Shown here piece by piece: positions 18,501-29,057 of a DNA stretch of 55,030 nucleotides (positions are counted from its first letter, which is position 1; the number at the start of each line of letters is the position of its first letter). The stretch comes from Archangiaceae bacterium (GTDB lineage: Bacteria; Myxococcota; Myxococcia; Myxococcales; Myxococcaceae). The notes under the pieces were generated by a model. The model searched no databases. It saw nothing but the letters and a program-made list of their open reading frames with translations, and was not told where the DNA came from. A program made the position numbers and the translations under genes. The DNA lies in NCBI GenBank assembly GCA_043750125.1, contig JAYVCD010000239.1, positions 1-55,030 on the forward strand. The letters run 5' to 3'.

Positions 18501-19619
18501 ATGAAAAAAATCCGCCTGATTTGTTTGGCTCTGACTTCAATCGCTTGCTCGCTGAGCGCCTGTGGAGGCCCGCCGCCGGACACGAGCTGTCTGAAAACCG
18601 GATGTCCGACGGGCAAGTCCTGCAATCCGAATACAGGACTGTGTCTGGGGACCGGAGGCGCAGGAGTGGGCGGTGGCTCGGGCACCGGCGTGGGCGGCGG
18701 AGTGGGGACCGGCGGCGGAACCGGCGTGGGCGGCGGAGTGGGGACCGGCGGTGGAAGCGGCGTGGGCGGGGGCAGTGGAGGAGGTGCCGCCAATTGCACC
18801 GCCACTACCGGCTGCAGTGGAACCAAGCCTGTCTGCGATGTCGCCGCGACCGGGGGCCTTGGAACCTGCGTCACCTGCACTGCAACCGCGGGCTGCGCAG
18901 TACCGACCCCGTATTGTCTGACCGGCGCGCCCGGTGGGCTGTGCGTTCAGTGCCGCAACAACGGGGACTGCGCCGCGTCGGGAATGCAGTGCAGTGCCGC
19001 GACGAGCACCTGCGTCCCCCTGCTGCCGGACGGCGGCGGAACCGGGGGCGGCTCTGGGGCGAGCGACGCAGGCTTTCCGTACTGCGTGCCGCGGGACGCC
19101 GGAATGTTGGGCTGCGTCACCGAGTGCTCGGGTGGGTTCCACTGTCAGAACGGAAGCTGTGTGCTCAACGGCGCGAACGGACCGGTGCAGGTCACGCTGC
19201 GTTGGAACACCCAGGAAGATCTCGACCTTCACCTCGACGAGCCGGGCGATGCGGGGGTGTGTGAAATTTATTACGGCAATTCCAATGATCCCGACTCGGG
19301 CATGGGGAGCACGTGTGGCGCGACGGGAATCCTCGATCTCGATTCCGAGGCTGGGTGTCCTGTACCGCCGGACAACGTCGACATCGAGAACATCATCTAC
19401 CCGGTGGGAACACCCGCGCCCAGCGGCACCTATGCGGTACGCGTCGACCACTACAAAAACTGCAACATGTCCCTGGCGATGGTGCCCTTCCAGGTCGAAG
19501 TCCGAGTCAACGGCTTCACCTCTGGAATGTGCGGAGTATTTGTCCCCACGGACCTCGACTGGAATGACACGGGCAGCTCTGGCGGCGGGCGCCAGGTGAT
19601 GACCTTCAACGTCCCGTAA
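18501..19619 (+). CDS. Cys/Gly-rich lipoprotein with C-terminal YfaP/DUF2135-like domain
   Basis: Lipobox LSAC, Gly repeats, Cys-rich modules, VTLRWN..DLDLH..EP...LDLDS...ENI.Y...G.Y.VRV. Confidence 0.72.
   Translation: MKKIRLICLALTSIACSLSACGGPPPDTSCLKTGCPTGKSCNPNTGLCLGTGGAGVGGGSGTGVGGGVGTGGGTGVGGGVGTGGGSGVGGGSGGGAANCTATTGCSGTKPVCDVAATGGLGTCVTCTATAGCAVPTPYCLTGAPGGLCVQCRNNGDCAASGMQCSAATSTCVPLLPDGGGTGGGSGASDAGFPYCVPRDAGMLGCVTECSGGFHCQNGSCVLNGANGPVQVTLRWNTQEDLDLHLDEPGDAGVCEIYYGNSNDPDSGMGSTCGATGILDLDSEAGCPVPPDNVDIENIIYPVGTPAPSGTYAVRVDHYKNCNMSLAMVPFQVEVRVNGFTSGMCGVFVPTDLDWNDTGSSGGGRQVMTFNVP
18684..18770 (+). repeat. 36-bp coding tandem repeat (TGVGGGVGTGGG), ~2.4 copies
   Basis: ACCGGCGTGGGCGGCGGAGTGGGGACCGGCGG(C/T)GGA at 18684 and 18720, partial copy at 18756. 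Confidence 0.8.
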
Positions 19620-19622
19620 TTC

Positions 19623-20891
19623 TCAAGCGGTCGGTTCGGGAGGCGGCGCGTTCTTCGCGCGTCGCTTCTCGATCAACCACACCAGCACGACGCCCAGCTC
19701 GTAACAGGCGAGCATCGGGCCGGCCATCATCGCCAGGTTCACCGCGTCGCCGGTGGGGGTGATGATCGCCGCAGCAATCAGGCACAGCACGAACGCGTGC
19801 CGCTGGTACTTGAAGAGGAACTTCGACTTCACCAACCCCACCATGCCCAGCACCGCCATCACCAGAGGAAGCTCGAAGATGACTCCGAACGCCAGCTCGA
19901 GCACCAACACCAGCGTCAGCTGCTCGGTCATCGAAAGCATCGGGCGGGTCCAGTTCGCCGCTTCGTAGGCGGCGACGCCGACGCTGAGGTTTCGGGTGAC
20001 TTGCCAGAGCGCTGAGAAGTCATCGGCCCGATCGATTCGGGCCTGCTTGAGCAGCTCGGCGCCTTCGTCGCACGCGGTGATCACGGCGTCCCAATCGCGC
20101 CGGGCATAGGCCTCGACCGCGACTTGTCGCTTTTCCATCACCATCGTCAGCGCCGGCCGAACGCTGTCCCCCAGCCCATCGCGGGTGACATCGATGAGCT
20201 TGCCGAGGCCTTCGATGCGGGACAGCGTCTCGACCCCGCGCTTGGGGTTGAGGGTGATTCCGATTCCGCCCATGAAACCGGTGGCGGCCTTCGCTTGCCC
20301 CTCGCCCGACGCCTCGAGCTCGGTATTGGCCTGGCGGGCCAGCTGGCCGGCCTTCTCGAGATCTCCAAGCCGTACGAATCGAAAGGCATCTTCGGCGCGC
20401 AATTTCCCAGAGCTCAGCCGGCCTTCGAGCGCGACGGACGATTCTTCGCGCAGCAGGAAGGTGAACATCTGGGGCAGCAGCGCGAAGTAGCAAAACGAGG
20501 CGCCGGCGAGAAAGGCGAGGGTCCCGAAGATGATGAAGGGACCGGCGAGTTTTTTCTCGTCGCTGTAGAGCCCGGGGGCAACGAAGCCCCAGATTTGCCA
20601 GAGGATGACGGGAGTGGTGAGGAAGACCCCGCCGTAGAGGCCGACCTTCATGTAGACGTTAATTTCTTCGATCGCTGAGGTGTAGATCAGCGCCGAAGCC
20701 TCGGGAGGCAGCGCGAGCAGCACCGGGCGCATCAGGAACCCGTAGAGCTCTTTGGCAAAGATCAGCGACCCGCCGCCCAGGACCATCACGCTGATCGAGA
20801 TCCGCAGCATTCGCTTGCGCAGCTCGCCCAGGTGGGCCGAGAGACTCATCTTGAATTCGTCGGGGGGAGCGACCTGCGCAGGCGCGGTCAT
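19623..20891 (-). CDS. tatC: Twin-arginine translocase subunit TatC (with large internal insertion)
   Basis: MSLSAHLGELRKR, QIWGFVAPGLY, FELP, AAIITPTGD. Start overlaps the tatB stop. Confidence 0.93.
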   Translation of the reverse strand: MTAPAQVAPPDEFKMSLSAHLGELRKRMLRISISVMVLGGGSLIFAKELYGFLMRPVLLALPPEASALIYTSAIEEINVYMKVGLYGGVFLTTPVILWQIWGFVAPGLYSDEKKLAGPFIIFGTLAFLAGASFCYFALLPQMFTFLLREESSVALEGRLSSGKLRAEDAFRFVRLGDLEKAGQLARQANTELEASGEGQAKAATGFMGGIGITLNPKRGVETLSRIEGLGKLIDVTRDGLGDSVRPALTMVMEKRQVAVEAYARRDWDAVITACDEGAELLKQARIDRADDFSALWQVTRNLSVGVAAYEAANWTRPMLSMTEQLTLVLVLELAFGVIFELPLVMAVLGMVGLVKSKFLFKYQRHAFVLCLIAAAIITPTGDAVNLAMMAGPMLACYELGVVLVWLIEKRRAKNAPPPEPTA

Positions 20892-21382
20892 CAACTGGCC
20901 TTCTTTTCAGGCTCGCCGACGGCGGGCACGGCAACCGCAGCGGGAACCGCAGCGGGAACCGCATCAACGGAGGCAGCAACCGGCTCGGGGACGGGAGCAG
21001 GGGTGGGGTCGACGTGGTGGGAAACCAGGGGCTCTTCGGGCTCGAGCGCGGGGTCGGGCTTGCCGTAGTCCGGGTGGCGCGGATCGCTGTGGTCGATCGG
21101 GTGCTCGGGGTCGAGCAGCGCTCCCTCGGGGGTGTGCAACGCGTCGATCGAAACGGTGTCCGTGGCAGGAGCGAGCTGGGGGGCCGCCGGAGGCACCTCC
21201 ATCTCCTGGTCCATTTTGTAGAACTCGCGTTCGACGACCCCGCGGACCTCATCGGTTTGCCGGCGGAATTCGCGGAGAAATTTCCCCAGACCGCGCGCGA
21301 GTTCCGGCAGCCGCTTGGGCCCGAGCACGAGGAGTGCGACTACCGCAATGAGGACGAGTTCGCCTGAGCCGATGTTGAACAT
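20891..21382 (-). CDS. tatB: Twin-arginine translocase subunit TatB
   Basis: MFNIGSGELVLIAVVALLVLGPKRLPELARGLG. Confidence 0.92.
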   Translation of the reverse strand: MFNIGSGELVLIAVVALLVLGPKRLPELARGLGKFLREFRRQTDEVRGVVEREFYKMDQEMEVPPAAPQLAPATDTVSIDALHTPEGALLDPEHPIDHSDPRHPDYGKPDPALEPEEPLVSHHVDPTPAPVPEPVAASVDAVPAAVPAAVAVPAVGEPEKKAS

Positions 21383-21409
21383 CGGGGGGAGTTATAACCC
21401 CACGTCCAG

Positions 21410-22933
21410 CTACTTGCGCACGGGGAACGCAGTCCCTTTGCCGCAATAGACAAACGTGCCATCCGGTGACTTGCCTGCCCGCTTCAGGCCGCTGAAGGCC
21501 AGAACGGACCCGGCGCGGGCCGGCCCGAGGGCGGGATCCTCGACGCGCAGGACGACGGGGACCCCGGTCGGCAGCCCATCGAAAGGAGCCAGCAGCTCTG
21601 AAATGACGTACGCGCGGCCCGCGCTGCAGCCATTGGACGGGATGCCGAAAAAGGCAAACCGTTCGTCGACCGAGACGATCTTCACTTTCGCGTCTTCCAC
21701 CACGGAGGCCGCCACGAACCGGGGGTCGCTCTTGGCGTCTTCGGCGCTCTTGGCGGGAACGAGGCCGGCCCGACGGGGACCGGCTGCGGCGGCGGGGGTG
21801 TTCGCGGCCACCGTCTGACCGGGCTTGATCGGAGTGCGATTGCCCTCGACCGGAACCGGCTTCTTCGCGTCCTCCGCCGCCAGCCGCGCGGCTTCCTTCT
21901 GTTGCTGTTCGTCGAACTTTCTCTCGTCTTCCCTCTTTTGTTTCTCGTCGGCCGCAGCCCGTTTCCTGGCTTCGGCGTCGGCCTTCTTCGCGTCCGCGGC
22001 CGCCTTCTTCTTTTCTGCGGGGGTCATCGCTTCGGCCGGCTTGGACTTCCGCTCTTCCTCGGCCAGGCGTTTCTTCTCGTCCGCGTCGGCCTTCTTTGCT
22101 TCGGCGTCGCTCTTCACCTTCTCTGCGGCTGCCTTCTTCTCGTCCTCGCGCTTCTGTTTGTCGGTGGCGGCGGCCTGCTTCTTCTCTTCCTCGGCAGCCT
22201 TGCGCGCCTCTTCGTTGCGCTTCTTGTCTTCCTCGAGCCTGGCCCGGCCGGCCTCGATCGCCTTCTTCTTCGCGTCGAGCTCTTCTTTCTTCTTCGCAAG
22301 CTCTGCTTCCTTCGCGTCGTTGGAGGCCTTCTGCTTCGCGATCGCCTCGTCGCGCTTCTTCTCGTCGGCGGCCTTGCGGTCGTCTTCCTTCCGGGCCTTC
22401 TCTTCCGCGATCAGCCGCTTCTTCTCTTCGGCATCGGCCTTCGCCTTTTCAATCGCGAATTTCTTCTCTTCTTCGACGCGCTTCTTCTCTTCCTCGGCGA
22501 GGCGCTTCTTCTCGGCCTCGGCTTTGATCGCGCGATCCCTGGTGTCGGCCTCGTCTTTGATCCGCTTGGTTTCCGCGGTGGCTTTGGCCTTGATTTCAGC
22601 TTCGGCCGCCTTGCGCGCGGCGAGCTCGTCGGCGGCTTTCTGTTTGGCGAGCGCGTCGGCTTCGGCCTTCAGTTTTGCCGTTTCTTCGTCGGCCTTCTTC
22701 TTCGCGGCTTCTGCGGCCTTCTTGGCTTCTTCCTGGGCCTTGAGCGCGGCCTTGCGGGCCTCGGGGGTGATGGGGCCGACGCGACCGGCGGGCTTCTTCT
22801 CGTCGCCTTCCCGGTTCTCGCTCTGCATCGTCTTCGGAGTGGCGATTTCGGGAGCCACTTCGTCCTGCGCGAAGGCGATCGGCGCTGCGACAGTCAGACC
22901 GAGGGTCAAAAACAGGGCAGCGTGATTCTTCAT
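21410..22933 (-). CDS. Secreted protein with long Lys/Glu/Ala coiled-coil (TolA-like low complexity) and small C-terminal domain
   Basis: Sec signal ending AFA, ~300 aa of AEEEKK-type helix, globular tail with two Cys. Confidence 0.7.
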   Translation of the reverse strand: MKNHAALFLTLGLTVAAPIAFAQDEVAPEIATPKTMQSENREGDEKKPAGRVGPITPEARKAALKAQEEAKKAAEAAKKKADEETAKLKAEADALAKQKAADELAARKAAEAEIKAKATAETKRIKDEADTRDRAIKAEAEKKRLAEEEKKRVEEEKKFAIEKAKADAEEKKRLIAEEKARKEDDRKAADEKKRDEAIAKQKASNDAKEAELAKKKEELDAKKKAIEAGRARLEEDKKRNEEARKAAEEEKKQAAATDKQKREDEKKAAAEKVKSDAEAKKADADEKKRLAEEERKSKPAEAMTPAEKKKAAADAKKADAEARKRAAADEKQKREDERKFDEQQQKEAARLAAEDAKKPVPVEGNRTPIKPGQTVAANTPAAAAGPRRAGLVPAKSAEDAKSDPRFVAASVVEDAKVKIVSVDERFAFFGIPSNGCSAGRAYVISELLAPFDGLPTGVPVVLRVEDPALGPARAGSVLAFSGLKRAGKSPDGTFVYCGKGTAFPVRK

Positions 22934-22943
22934 CCGTCGGCGC

Positions 22944-24227
22944 TTAATCCACCGGCTGCCGCGGGAGCAACAACCGCGGCACCTTCGGAGGCACCCGCGC
23001 CTCGACCCACCACAGCAAGAATGGAATCGAGAGCGTCAACCCGAGCGAGATGACCGCCACTTTTTCCATTCCGACCAGGGTGCGTGGCAGCTCGCCGGGC
23101 ATGTCGGTGGGCCAGGGGTCCCGCGCTTTGAGGCTCAGCACCAGCGGGCCCAGGCCGGACGCGAGCGCCGAAGCGCCATGCTGAACGGCCGACTGGATGG
23201 ATTGAAAACGCGCCCGTTCGGTGGGGCCGGGCACGCGGGTGGTCAGCGTGTTGTACGGAACGTTGCGCACCGCCATCGCCATCATGAACCAGATGAAGAA
23301 GACCGGAACCGGGAGTTTGACCGCGTTCGCATCGACGAACACCAGCCAGACGACCGGCGCCACCACCAGCGTCCCGAACGTTCCGACCTTGAACGCCCCG
23401 AAGCGATCGACCAACCGGCCGGCACTTTGGCTCGCGACCAGGCTGCCGACGCCCCCGACGAGGTAGAGGAACTTCAACGCGGACATCTCGACGTGGTGGT
23501 TCAGGTGGAGGTAGGTCGAGATGTTCGGGATGATCACGAAGCCCGCCATCATCGTCACCGCGGTCATCAACAGGCTGACCTGCACCAGAGGGCGCGAGAG
23601 CAGCTCGCCGGTGGTGATGTGGTGGGTCTCTTTCCGGTAGGCCTCGAGGTGACCCACCAGCGGGGGCAAGAGCCGAATGGCCCCGAGGACGATCAGCACT
23701 CCCAACCCGGCGACGGCGAGGAAGGCCGAACGCCAGCCGAGGTGCTCGGCCATCCACAATCCACCCGGGACTCCCAGGACGGTGGCCGCCGAGAACGCGC
23801 CCATCACCATCCCGATCGCCCGGCCGCGCAGATTGACGGGAATCGCGTCGCTGATGATGCTGAAGGCCATCGAAGTTGCGGGCCCTCCAAACACGCCGGC
23901 CAGACAGCGGGCCAACAGCAGGCTCGTCATTCCAGAAGCCAGCCCCCCCGAGGCGGTGCCGAGCACCAGGCCCAGCATCGAAACCGCCAATGCCTTGCGG
24001 CGATCGAAGCGATCGAGGAACGAGGCGCTCACCAGACCCGAGACGCAGGCAGCCGCGGTGTAGGCGCCCCCGACCAGGCCCATTTGCGATTGGGCGACTC
24101 CGACAGAGGCGAAGTACGGGCCCAGCGGCATCACCATCACGAAGTCGAGGATGTTGATGAACTGAACGGCGGCGATCAGGAGCACGATGCCGCGCTGCTG
24201 CGGAGTGAAGCTCTCGGAGGTCGGCAC
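22944..24227 (-). CDS. MFS transporter
   Basis: About 12 TM segments, with motif A (LDRFDRR, LVDRFG). Confidence 0.9.
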   Translation of the reverse strand: MPTSESFTPQQRGIVLLIAAVQFINILDFVMVMPLGPYFASVGVAQSQMGLVGGAYTAAACVSGLVSASFLDRFDRRKALAVSMLGLVLGTASGGLASGMTSLLLARCLAGVFGGPATSMAFSIISDAIPVNLRGRAIGMVMGAFSAATVLGVPGGLWMAEHLGWRSAFLAVAGLGVLIVLGAIRLLPPLVGHLEAYRKETHHITTGELLSRPLVQVSLLMTAVTMMAGFVIIPNISTYLHLNHHVEMSALKFLYLVGGVGSLVASQSAGRLVDRFGAFKVGTFGTLVVAPVVWLVFVDANAVKLPVPVFFIWFMMAMAVRNVPYNTLTTRVPGPTERARFQSIQSAVQHGASALASGLGPLVLSLKARDPWPTDMPGELPRTLVGMEKVAVISLGLTLSIPFLLWWVEARVPPKVPRLLLPRQPVD

Positions 24228-24291
24228 TCGGGGGTGAATAACGCTACCGCAGCCAAATGCACTCGATCTGAAGCAGGTGCAGAACCGAAGC

Positions 24292-26394
24292 CTAAACGCG
24301 GAACCTGCGCACCTCGCCGCGCAGGACTTCGGCCTGCTGCCGCAGCGTCTCGATCGCCTCTTCGAGCTGCTTGACCGACCGGTTCTGCTGCTCGGACACG
24401 GTCTTGATCGTCTCGATCGCCTTGAGCACCTGCTCGCTGCCGCGGGTCTGTTCCTTCTGCGCGCGGTTCAGGTGGGTGACCATCTCGTTGATGTTCTCGA
24501 TCGACCGGGTGATCTGCTTCCCGCCGTGGGCCTGCTCTTGAACCGAGCGCTGCGCGTGCTGGGTGAGCATCTTCATCTTCTCGGAGCTCTTCATGATCTG
24601 CTCGCTGCCGCGCGCCTGCTCGTTGGTGGCCTTGCTGATCTGCTGCACCGTCTCGGCGATTCGCTCGACCGAGCCGGTGACTTCCTTGCTGCCGCGGGCC
24701 TGCTCGACGGTGGCGCGCGCGATCGCCTTGACCATCTGGGTGCTGCGACCGGCCGAGTCCTGAATTTTCTTCAGCGCTCCTTCCGCGTCTCGGCCGAGGA
24801 CCACGCCTTCCTCGACGTTCTTGACTCCCTGGTTCATCGCGGTGACGGCGTTGCGTGATTCTTCCTGCACGGCCCGGATCAGATCGCCAATCTCCTTGGT
24901 CGAGGCGCCGGTACGCTCGGCGAGGTCCTTGATCTCTTCGGCCACGACCGCGAAGCCTTTGCCATGTTCGCCGGCCTGGGCGGCGATGATTGCCGCGTTG
25001 AGCGCCAGCAGGTTGGTCTGCTCGGCCACGTCATCGATCACATCGACGATGTTTCCGATTTCCAGAATCCGCTTTCCCAGCTGTTCCATCACCTGCGACG
25101 CGGTGGCCGACGAGTCCTTGATCTTGTTGATGCCCTGCAGCGTCTTCTGAAGGCTCTCGGCGCCCGTCTCGGCGTCCTTCGACACCTGCTCTGAGAGCCG
25201 GGCGGTCTCGTAGGCATTGGTCTCGACCTGGCTGATCGCCACGTCCATCTCGCGAATCGCGACGCTCGTCCCCTCGGTCGACTGCAGCAGGTCGTCGACG
25301 TTCTTGGCGACCTCTTTGATCGAGTAGGTCATCTCTTCGATCGCGCTGGTGGTCTCTTCGACGCTGGCGGCCATTGCGGTGACGTTCTCGGCCACCTCAT
25401 CGTTGGTCGCGCCCATCTGAAGAATGCTCGAGCTGGACTCTTCGGCGCTTTGGTAAAGCACTTCGACGTTCTCGGCGATGCCGCGCAGCGAGGCGAGCAT
25501 CTGCACCATCGAGCTCGACGTCTCTTCGACCCGGGTGAGCACCGTCGACGAGCCCCCCGAAGTAATCGCCGCGGTCCGCGAAATCTGGTCGATGACCTGC
25601 GCCACGCCTTCGGACACCCCGCGCACCCGGCCCAGCGTCTCGCGCAGGCTCTGACCAATCTGGTTGAGCGCGTCTGACAGCTGATCCATTTCGTCGGTCG
25701 CCGAGCCTTCCATCTGGCCCGAGAGATCGGCTTCCGAGAGCCTCGAGGCCATCGCCATCATCGACTTCAACGGCTTGGTGATGAGGAACCTCGAGAGCAC
25801 CAGCACCAGCGCGAGGAATCCGGCCATTCCGATTGCCAGCGCCATCACCAGCGTGCGGCGAAGCTTTTGCAGCCCTTCGTCGATCTTTCCGCGCTTGAGC
25901 GAAACGAGCACGTACCCGACCGAGCCCGTCTTTCCTGCCGAGTGCACTTCGTCGGCGACGAGCAGATCTCCGACGGTCAGCTCGGTGCGACGGCCCCGGG
26001 AATTGGCGTTGAACTCTTTGAGCATCTGGGGAAACCGCTGCGGGTCCCCGCCGGGCTTCGAGGCGACGAGGTCCCGCTCGGAACAGCCGACCTCTGAACA
26101 GACCAGGACCCAGACGCCGGCGATCTCTTCTTCCCCGCGAACGATGACGTCGATGTGCGAGCTGGCCTTCTCGTCGAAGTCGCGCGAGCTGGCGAGCACC
26201 CGGTTGTCGATGTCCAGCTTGCGCTCGATTTCGCGCGCGACCGCCTTGCCCCGTTCCCACAGGGTGTCGGTGAGGTAATCGTTGGCCTGCATCGGCACGA
26301 TGATGAACAGGGCCAGCAACAGCAAAAAGAGCGCGAACGCGAAGCTCAAGAAAATCGCCGCGGTCAAGCCGATGCGTTGGGAGCGCTGCGCCAC
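24292..26394 (-). CDS. Methyl-accepting chemotaxis protein
   Basis: TM-periplasmic-TM-HAMP, then signalling hairpin QTNLLALNAAIIAAQAGEHGKGFAVVAEEIKDLA. Confidence 0.95.
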   Translation of the reverse strand: MAQRSQRIGLTAAIFLSFAFALFLLLLALFIIVPMQANDYLTDTLWERGKAVAREIERKLDIDNRVLASSRDFDEKASSHIDVIVRGEEEIAGVWVLVCSEVGCSERDLVASKPGGDPQRFPQMLKEFNANSRGRRTELTVGDLLVADEVHSAGKTGSVGYVLVSLKRGKIDEGLQKLRRTLVMALAIGMAGFLALVLVLSRFLITKPLKSMMAMASRLSEADLSGQMEGSATDEMDQLSDALNQIGQSLRETLGRVRGVSEGVAQVIDQISRTAAITSGGSSTVLTRVEETSSSMVQMLASLRGIAENVEVLYQSAEESSSSILQMGATNDEVAENVTAMAASVEETTSAIEEMTYSIKEVAKNVDDLLQSTEGTSVAIREMDVAISQVETNAYETARLSEQVSKDAETGAESLQKTLQGINKIKDSSATASQVMEQLGKRILEIGNIVDVIDDVAEQTNLLALNAAIIAAQAGEHGKGFAVVAEEIKDLAERTGASTKEIGDLIRAVQEESRNAVTAMNQGVKNVEEGVVLGRDAEGALKKIQDSAGRSTQMVKAIARATVEQARGSKEVTGSVERIAETVQQISKATNEQARGSEQIMKSSEKMKMLTQHAQRSVQEQAHGGKQITRSIENINEMVTHLNRAQKEQTRGSEQVLKAIETIKTVSEQQNRSVKQLEEAIETLRQQAEVLRGEVRRFRV

Positions 26395-26492
26395 TGGCCG
26401 CGGACCATAACGCGCGACGATCGGGGGTGGGCGCTAAAGACGGCTTCCGTTCGCTCGGGCTTTTAGTATTCGGCTTCTCCAGGCAAGAGCCC

Positions 26493-27503
26493 ATGAAGAC
26501 CCGCCTCTACCGCAGCCCGGCCTTTCGCCAGCATGACCCGGGGCCCGGCCACCCGGAACGGATCGCTCGACTCGAGGCGATTGAGGCGGTGCTCGACCGC
26601 GCTCCGATTCGAAACGTGCATGCGGTGAATCCCCGTTCGGCGAGCCGGCCTGAGCTCGAACGGGTTCACACCCCCGCGATGCTCGATCGGCTCGAGGCGC
26701 TGGCGGGCCAGTCGGTGCAGCTGGACCCCGATACCGCGATGAGCCCCGGTTCGTGGGACGCCGCGCTGCTCGCAGCCGGAGCCGCCGTCCAGGCCGTCGA
26801 GGACGTCCTCGCCGGAACGGTCGACAACGCGTTTGCCCTGGTCCGCCCTCCGGGTCACCACGCCGAGGCCGATGAGCCAATGGGCTTTTGCCTGTTCAAC
26901 AACGCCGCGGTCGCCGCCACCGCAGCGATCGCCCAGGGACTGCAGCGGGTCGCGGTGCTCGATTGGGACGTGCACCACGGCAACGGCACCCAGCACTCGT
27001 TCTGGAACCGGCGCGACGTCCTCTACCTCTCGTCCCACCAATATCCGTTCTACCCGGGCACCGGCGGCGCGTGGCAGGTCGGCCAGGGTGCCGGCGAAGG
27101 CTTCACCGTCAACGCGCCCTTGCCGGGGTTGCAGGCCGACGGCGACTTCGGAGCGGTCTTCACCGAGCTGTTCCTCCCGGTGCTCGAGGAATACCAACCG
27201 CAGCTGTTGATCGTCTCGGCCGGGTTCGACGCGCACCGCAGCGATCCGATTGGGGGCCTGGAAGTGACCGAGCGGGGGTTCGCTGCGATGTGCAGCGCGC
27301 TGAAGACCCGGCAAAACGGGAAGCTGGTGCTGTTGCTCGAGGGGGGCTACCACCTCGAGGCCCTCGCCCAGTCGGTGCACGCGTGCATCGAAGTGCTCGC
27401 CGGAGCGCGGACCGAGTCTTTTCCCCCCGAAGTCCGCCCCGTTACCGTCGCCGCGATCGCCGAGTCGAAGGGGCACTTGAAGCGCTACTGGAAGGGGCTG
27501 TGA
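26493..27503 (+). CDS. Histone deacetylase family (HDAC-like amidohydrolase)
   Basis: HPE, RPPGHH, GFCLFNN, DWDVHHGNGT, SAGFDAH, LEGGY. Confidence 0.95.
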   Translation: MKTRLYRSPAFRQHDPGPGHPERIARLEAIEAVLDRAPIRNVHAVNPRSASRPELERVHTPAMLDRLEALAGQSVQLDPDTAMSPGSWDAALLAAGAAVQAVEDVLAGTVDNAFALVRPPGHHAEADEPMGFCLFNNAAVAATAAIAQGLQRVAVLDWDVHHGNGTQHSFWNRRDVLYLSSHQYPFYPGTGGAWQVGQGAGEGFTVNAPLPGLQADGDFGAVFTELFLPVLEEYQPQLLIVSAGFDAHRSDPIGGLEVTERGFAAMCSALKTRQNGKLVLLLEGGYHLEALAQSVHACIEVLAGARTESFPPEVRPVTVAAIAESKGHLKRYWKGL

Positions 27504-28279
27504 GCGAATACATCCACGGCGGGTCGGACGAGCGTGAGGTGAATCGGCTCGAGAAGCAGGCTCAGTGGGGGGCTCCGTGGATGCTCAAGAACTTCGAGGC
27601 GCCCCCCGGCTCGAGGGTGCTGGACCTGGCGACCGGGGTCGGAGCGATGGCGGGGTGGTTGGCGGCTCACTTCGTCGGCCTTCGCCTGGTCGGAGTGGAC
27701 CTCTCTGCCCACCAACTGACGTGGGCGCGCCGCAACCACCCGTCGATTCCCCTCGCCCGCGCCAATGGGGCCGCGCTTCCGTTCCCCGACGGGAGGTTCG
27801 ATCGCGTGCATTGCTCGTGGCTGCTCGAGCACGTGAGCACGGACACGGCGGTGCGAATTCTCGAAGAGGTGCGACGGGTGTTGGCGCCCGGTGGGTACTG
27901 TCATTTCACCGAGGTCGACAACTCGACGTTTCGTACCGCTCCGGCTTGCCCTGATGTCGAGGCGATCATGACGGCGCTGAACGAAGGCCAGCAGCGCGGG
28001 GGAGGAGACCCCTACGTCGGCAAGCAACTGCCCTCGTTGTTCCGCCGAGCGGGCTTTGAGAAAGTCGAAATTCATTCGACGAAGATCCACGGGGGCGCCG
28101 AAGACCCGGTCTTCTTCCAGGGCTTCATCGACGAGTTCGCCGAAATCTTCGAGAGCCTGGACGAGGCGCTGCCCGGAATGCGCGCCCAGGCGCAGCGTGC
28201 CTCGGTTCAATTGCGAGCCCTGAAGGCCAGCGGCGGGACGATGGATTACAGCGCCACAATCGCTCGTGGATTCCGCTAA
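27500..28279 (+). CDS. Class I SAM-dependent methyltransferase
   Basis: GTG 27500 overlaps the HDAC stop (GTGA). VLDLATGVG, GVDLS, LPFPDGRFD. Confidence 0.9.
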   Translation: MSEYIHGGSDEREVNRLEKQAQWGAPWMLKNFEAPPGSRVLDLATGVGAMAGWLAAHFVGLRLVGVDLSAHQLTWARRNHPSIPLARANGAALPFPDGRFDRVHCSWLLEHVSTDTAVRILEEVRRVLAPGGYCHFTEVDNSTFRTAPACPDVEAIMTALNEGQQRGGGDPYVGKQLPSLFRRAGFEKVEIHSTKIHGGAEDPVFFQGFIDEFAEIFESLDEALPGMRAQAQRASVQLRALKASGGTMDYSATIARGFR

Positions 28280-28289
28280 GAGCGCGCCC

Positions 28290-29042
28290 ATGTCCTACCA
28301 AAACGCACTCATCACCGGCGCCTCGTCAGGCCTGGGGCGCGGTCTCGCCCTCCGGTTCGCGAAGAAGGGCGCCACCGTTTACGCCGCCGCGCGCCGCATC
28401 GCCGAACTCGAAAAGCTGCGCGACGAGTGCAAGGACTTCACCGGGAAGATCGTCCCCATCGCGCTCGACGTGAGCGACGGGGACAAGACGTTCGAGCGGG
28501 TGAAGAAGCTGGACGAAGAGTGCGGCGGGTTCGACCTGGTGATCGCCAACGCCGGCGTCGCGGGCGAAACCTACGGGAAGCGCATCGACTGGCCCACCAT
28601 CAAGCGGATGATCGACGTGAACGTCACCGGCGCGGTCGCCACGCTCACCGGCCCGTTGTCGGCGATGGTGAAGCGCGGCAAAGGGCAGCTGGTGGGAATC
28701 AGCTCGCTGGCCGCCTTCAACGGGCTTCCCCGCATGGCGTCCTACTGCGCGAGCAAGGCCTACCTCGCCACCTTCCTCGAATCGCTGCGCCTGGACGTGA
28801 AGCCGCTGGGGGTCTCGGTCTGCAGCATTCACCCCGGGTTCGTGAAGTCCGAGATGACGGCGAACAGCACCAAGAAGATGCCGTTTCTGCTCGAGACCGA
28901 GGACGCGGTCGAGCGCATGGGCAAGGCGATCGAGCGCCGGACCGACACCTTCCTCTTCCCCTGGCAATTGGGAATGGGCGTCAAGTTGCTCGCTTCCCTG
29001 CCCCGCCCGCTGTTCGAGGTGGCTGCGCGCAAGATGCGCTGA
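28290..29042 (+). CDS. Short-chain dehydrogenase/reductase
   Basis: TGASSGLG, NAG, S...YCASK, PGFV. Confidence 0.93.
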   Translation: MSYQNALITGASSGLGRGLALRFAKKGATVYAAARRIAELEKLRDECKDFTGKIVPIALDVSDGDKTFERVKKLDEECGGFDLVIANAGVAGETYGKRIDWPTIKRMIDVNVTGAVATLTGPLSAMVKRGKGQLVGISSLAAFNGLPRMASYCASKAYLATFLESLRLDVKPLGVSVCSIHPGFVKSEMTANSTKKMPFLLETEDAVERMGKAIERRTDTFLFPWQLGMGVKLLASLPRPLFEVAARKMR

Positions 29043-29057
29043 AGCTAGGCTGCCCGG

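Noticed and set aside
26888-28279. 463-aa methyltransferase
   Set aside because: The N-terminal part is an off-frame shadow of the HDAC gene. The real start is GTG 27500.
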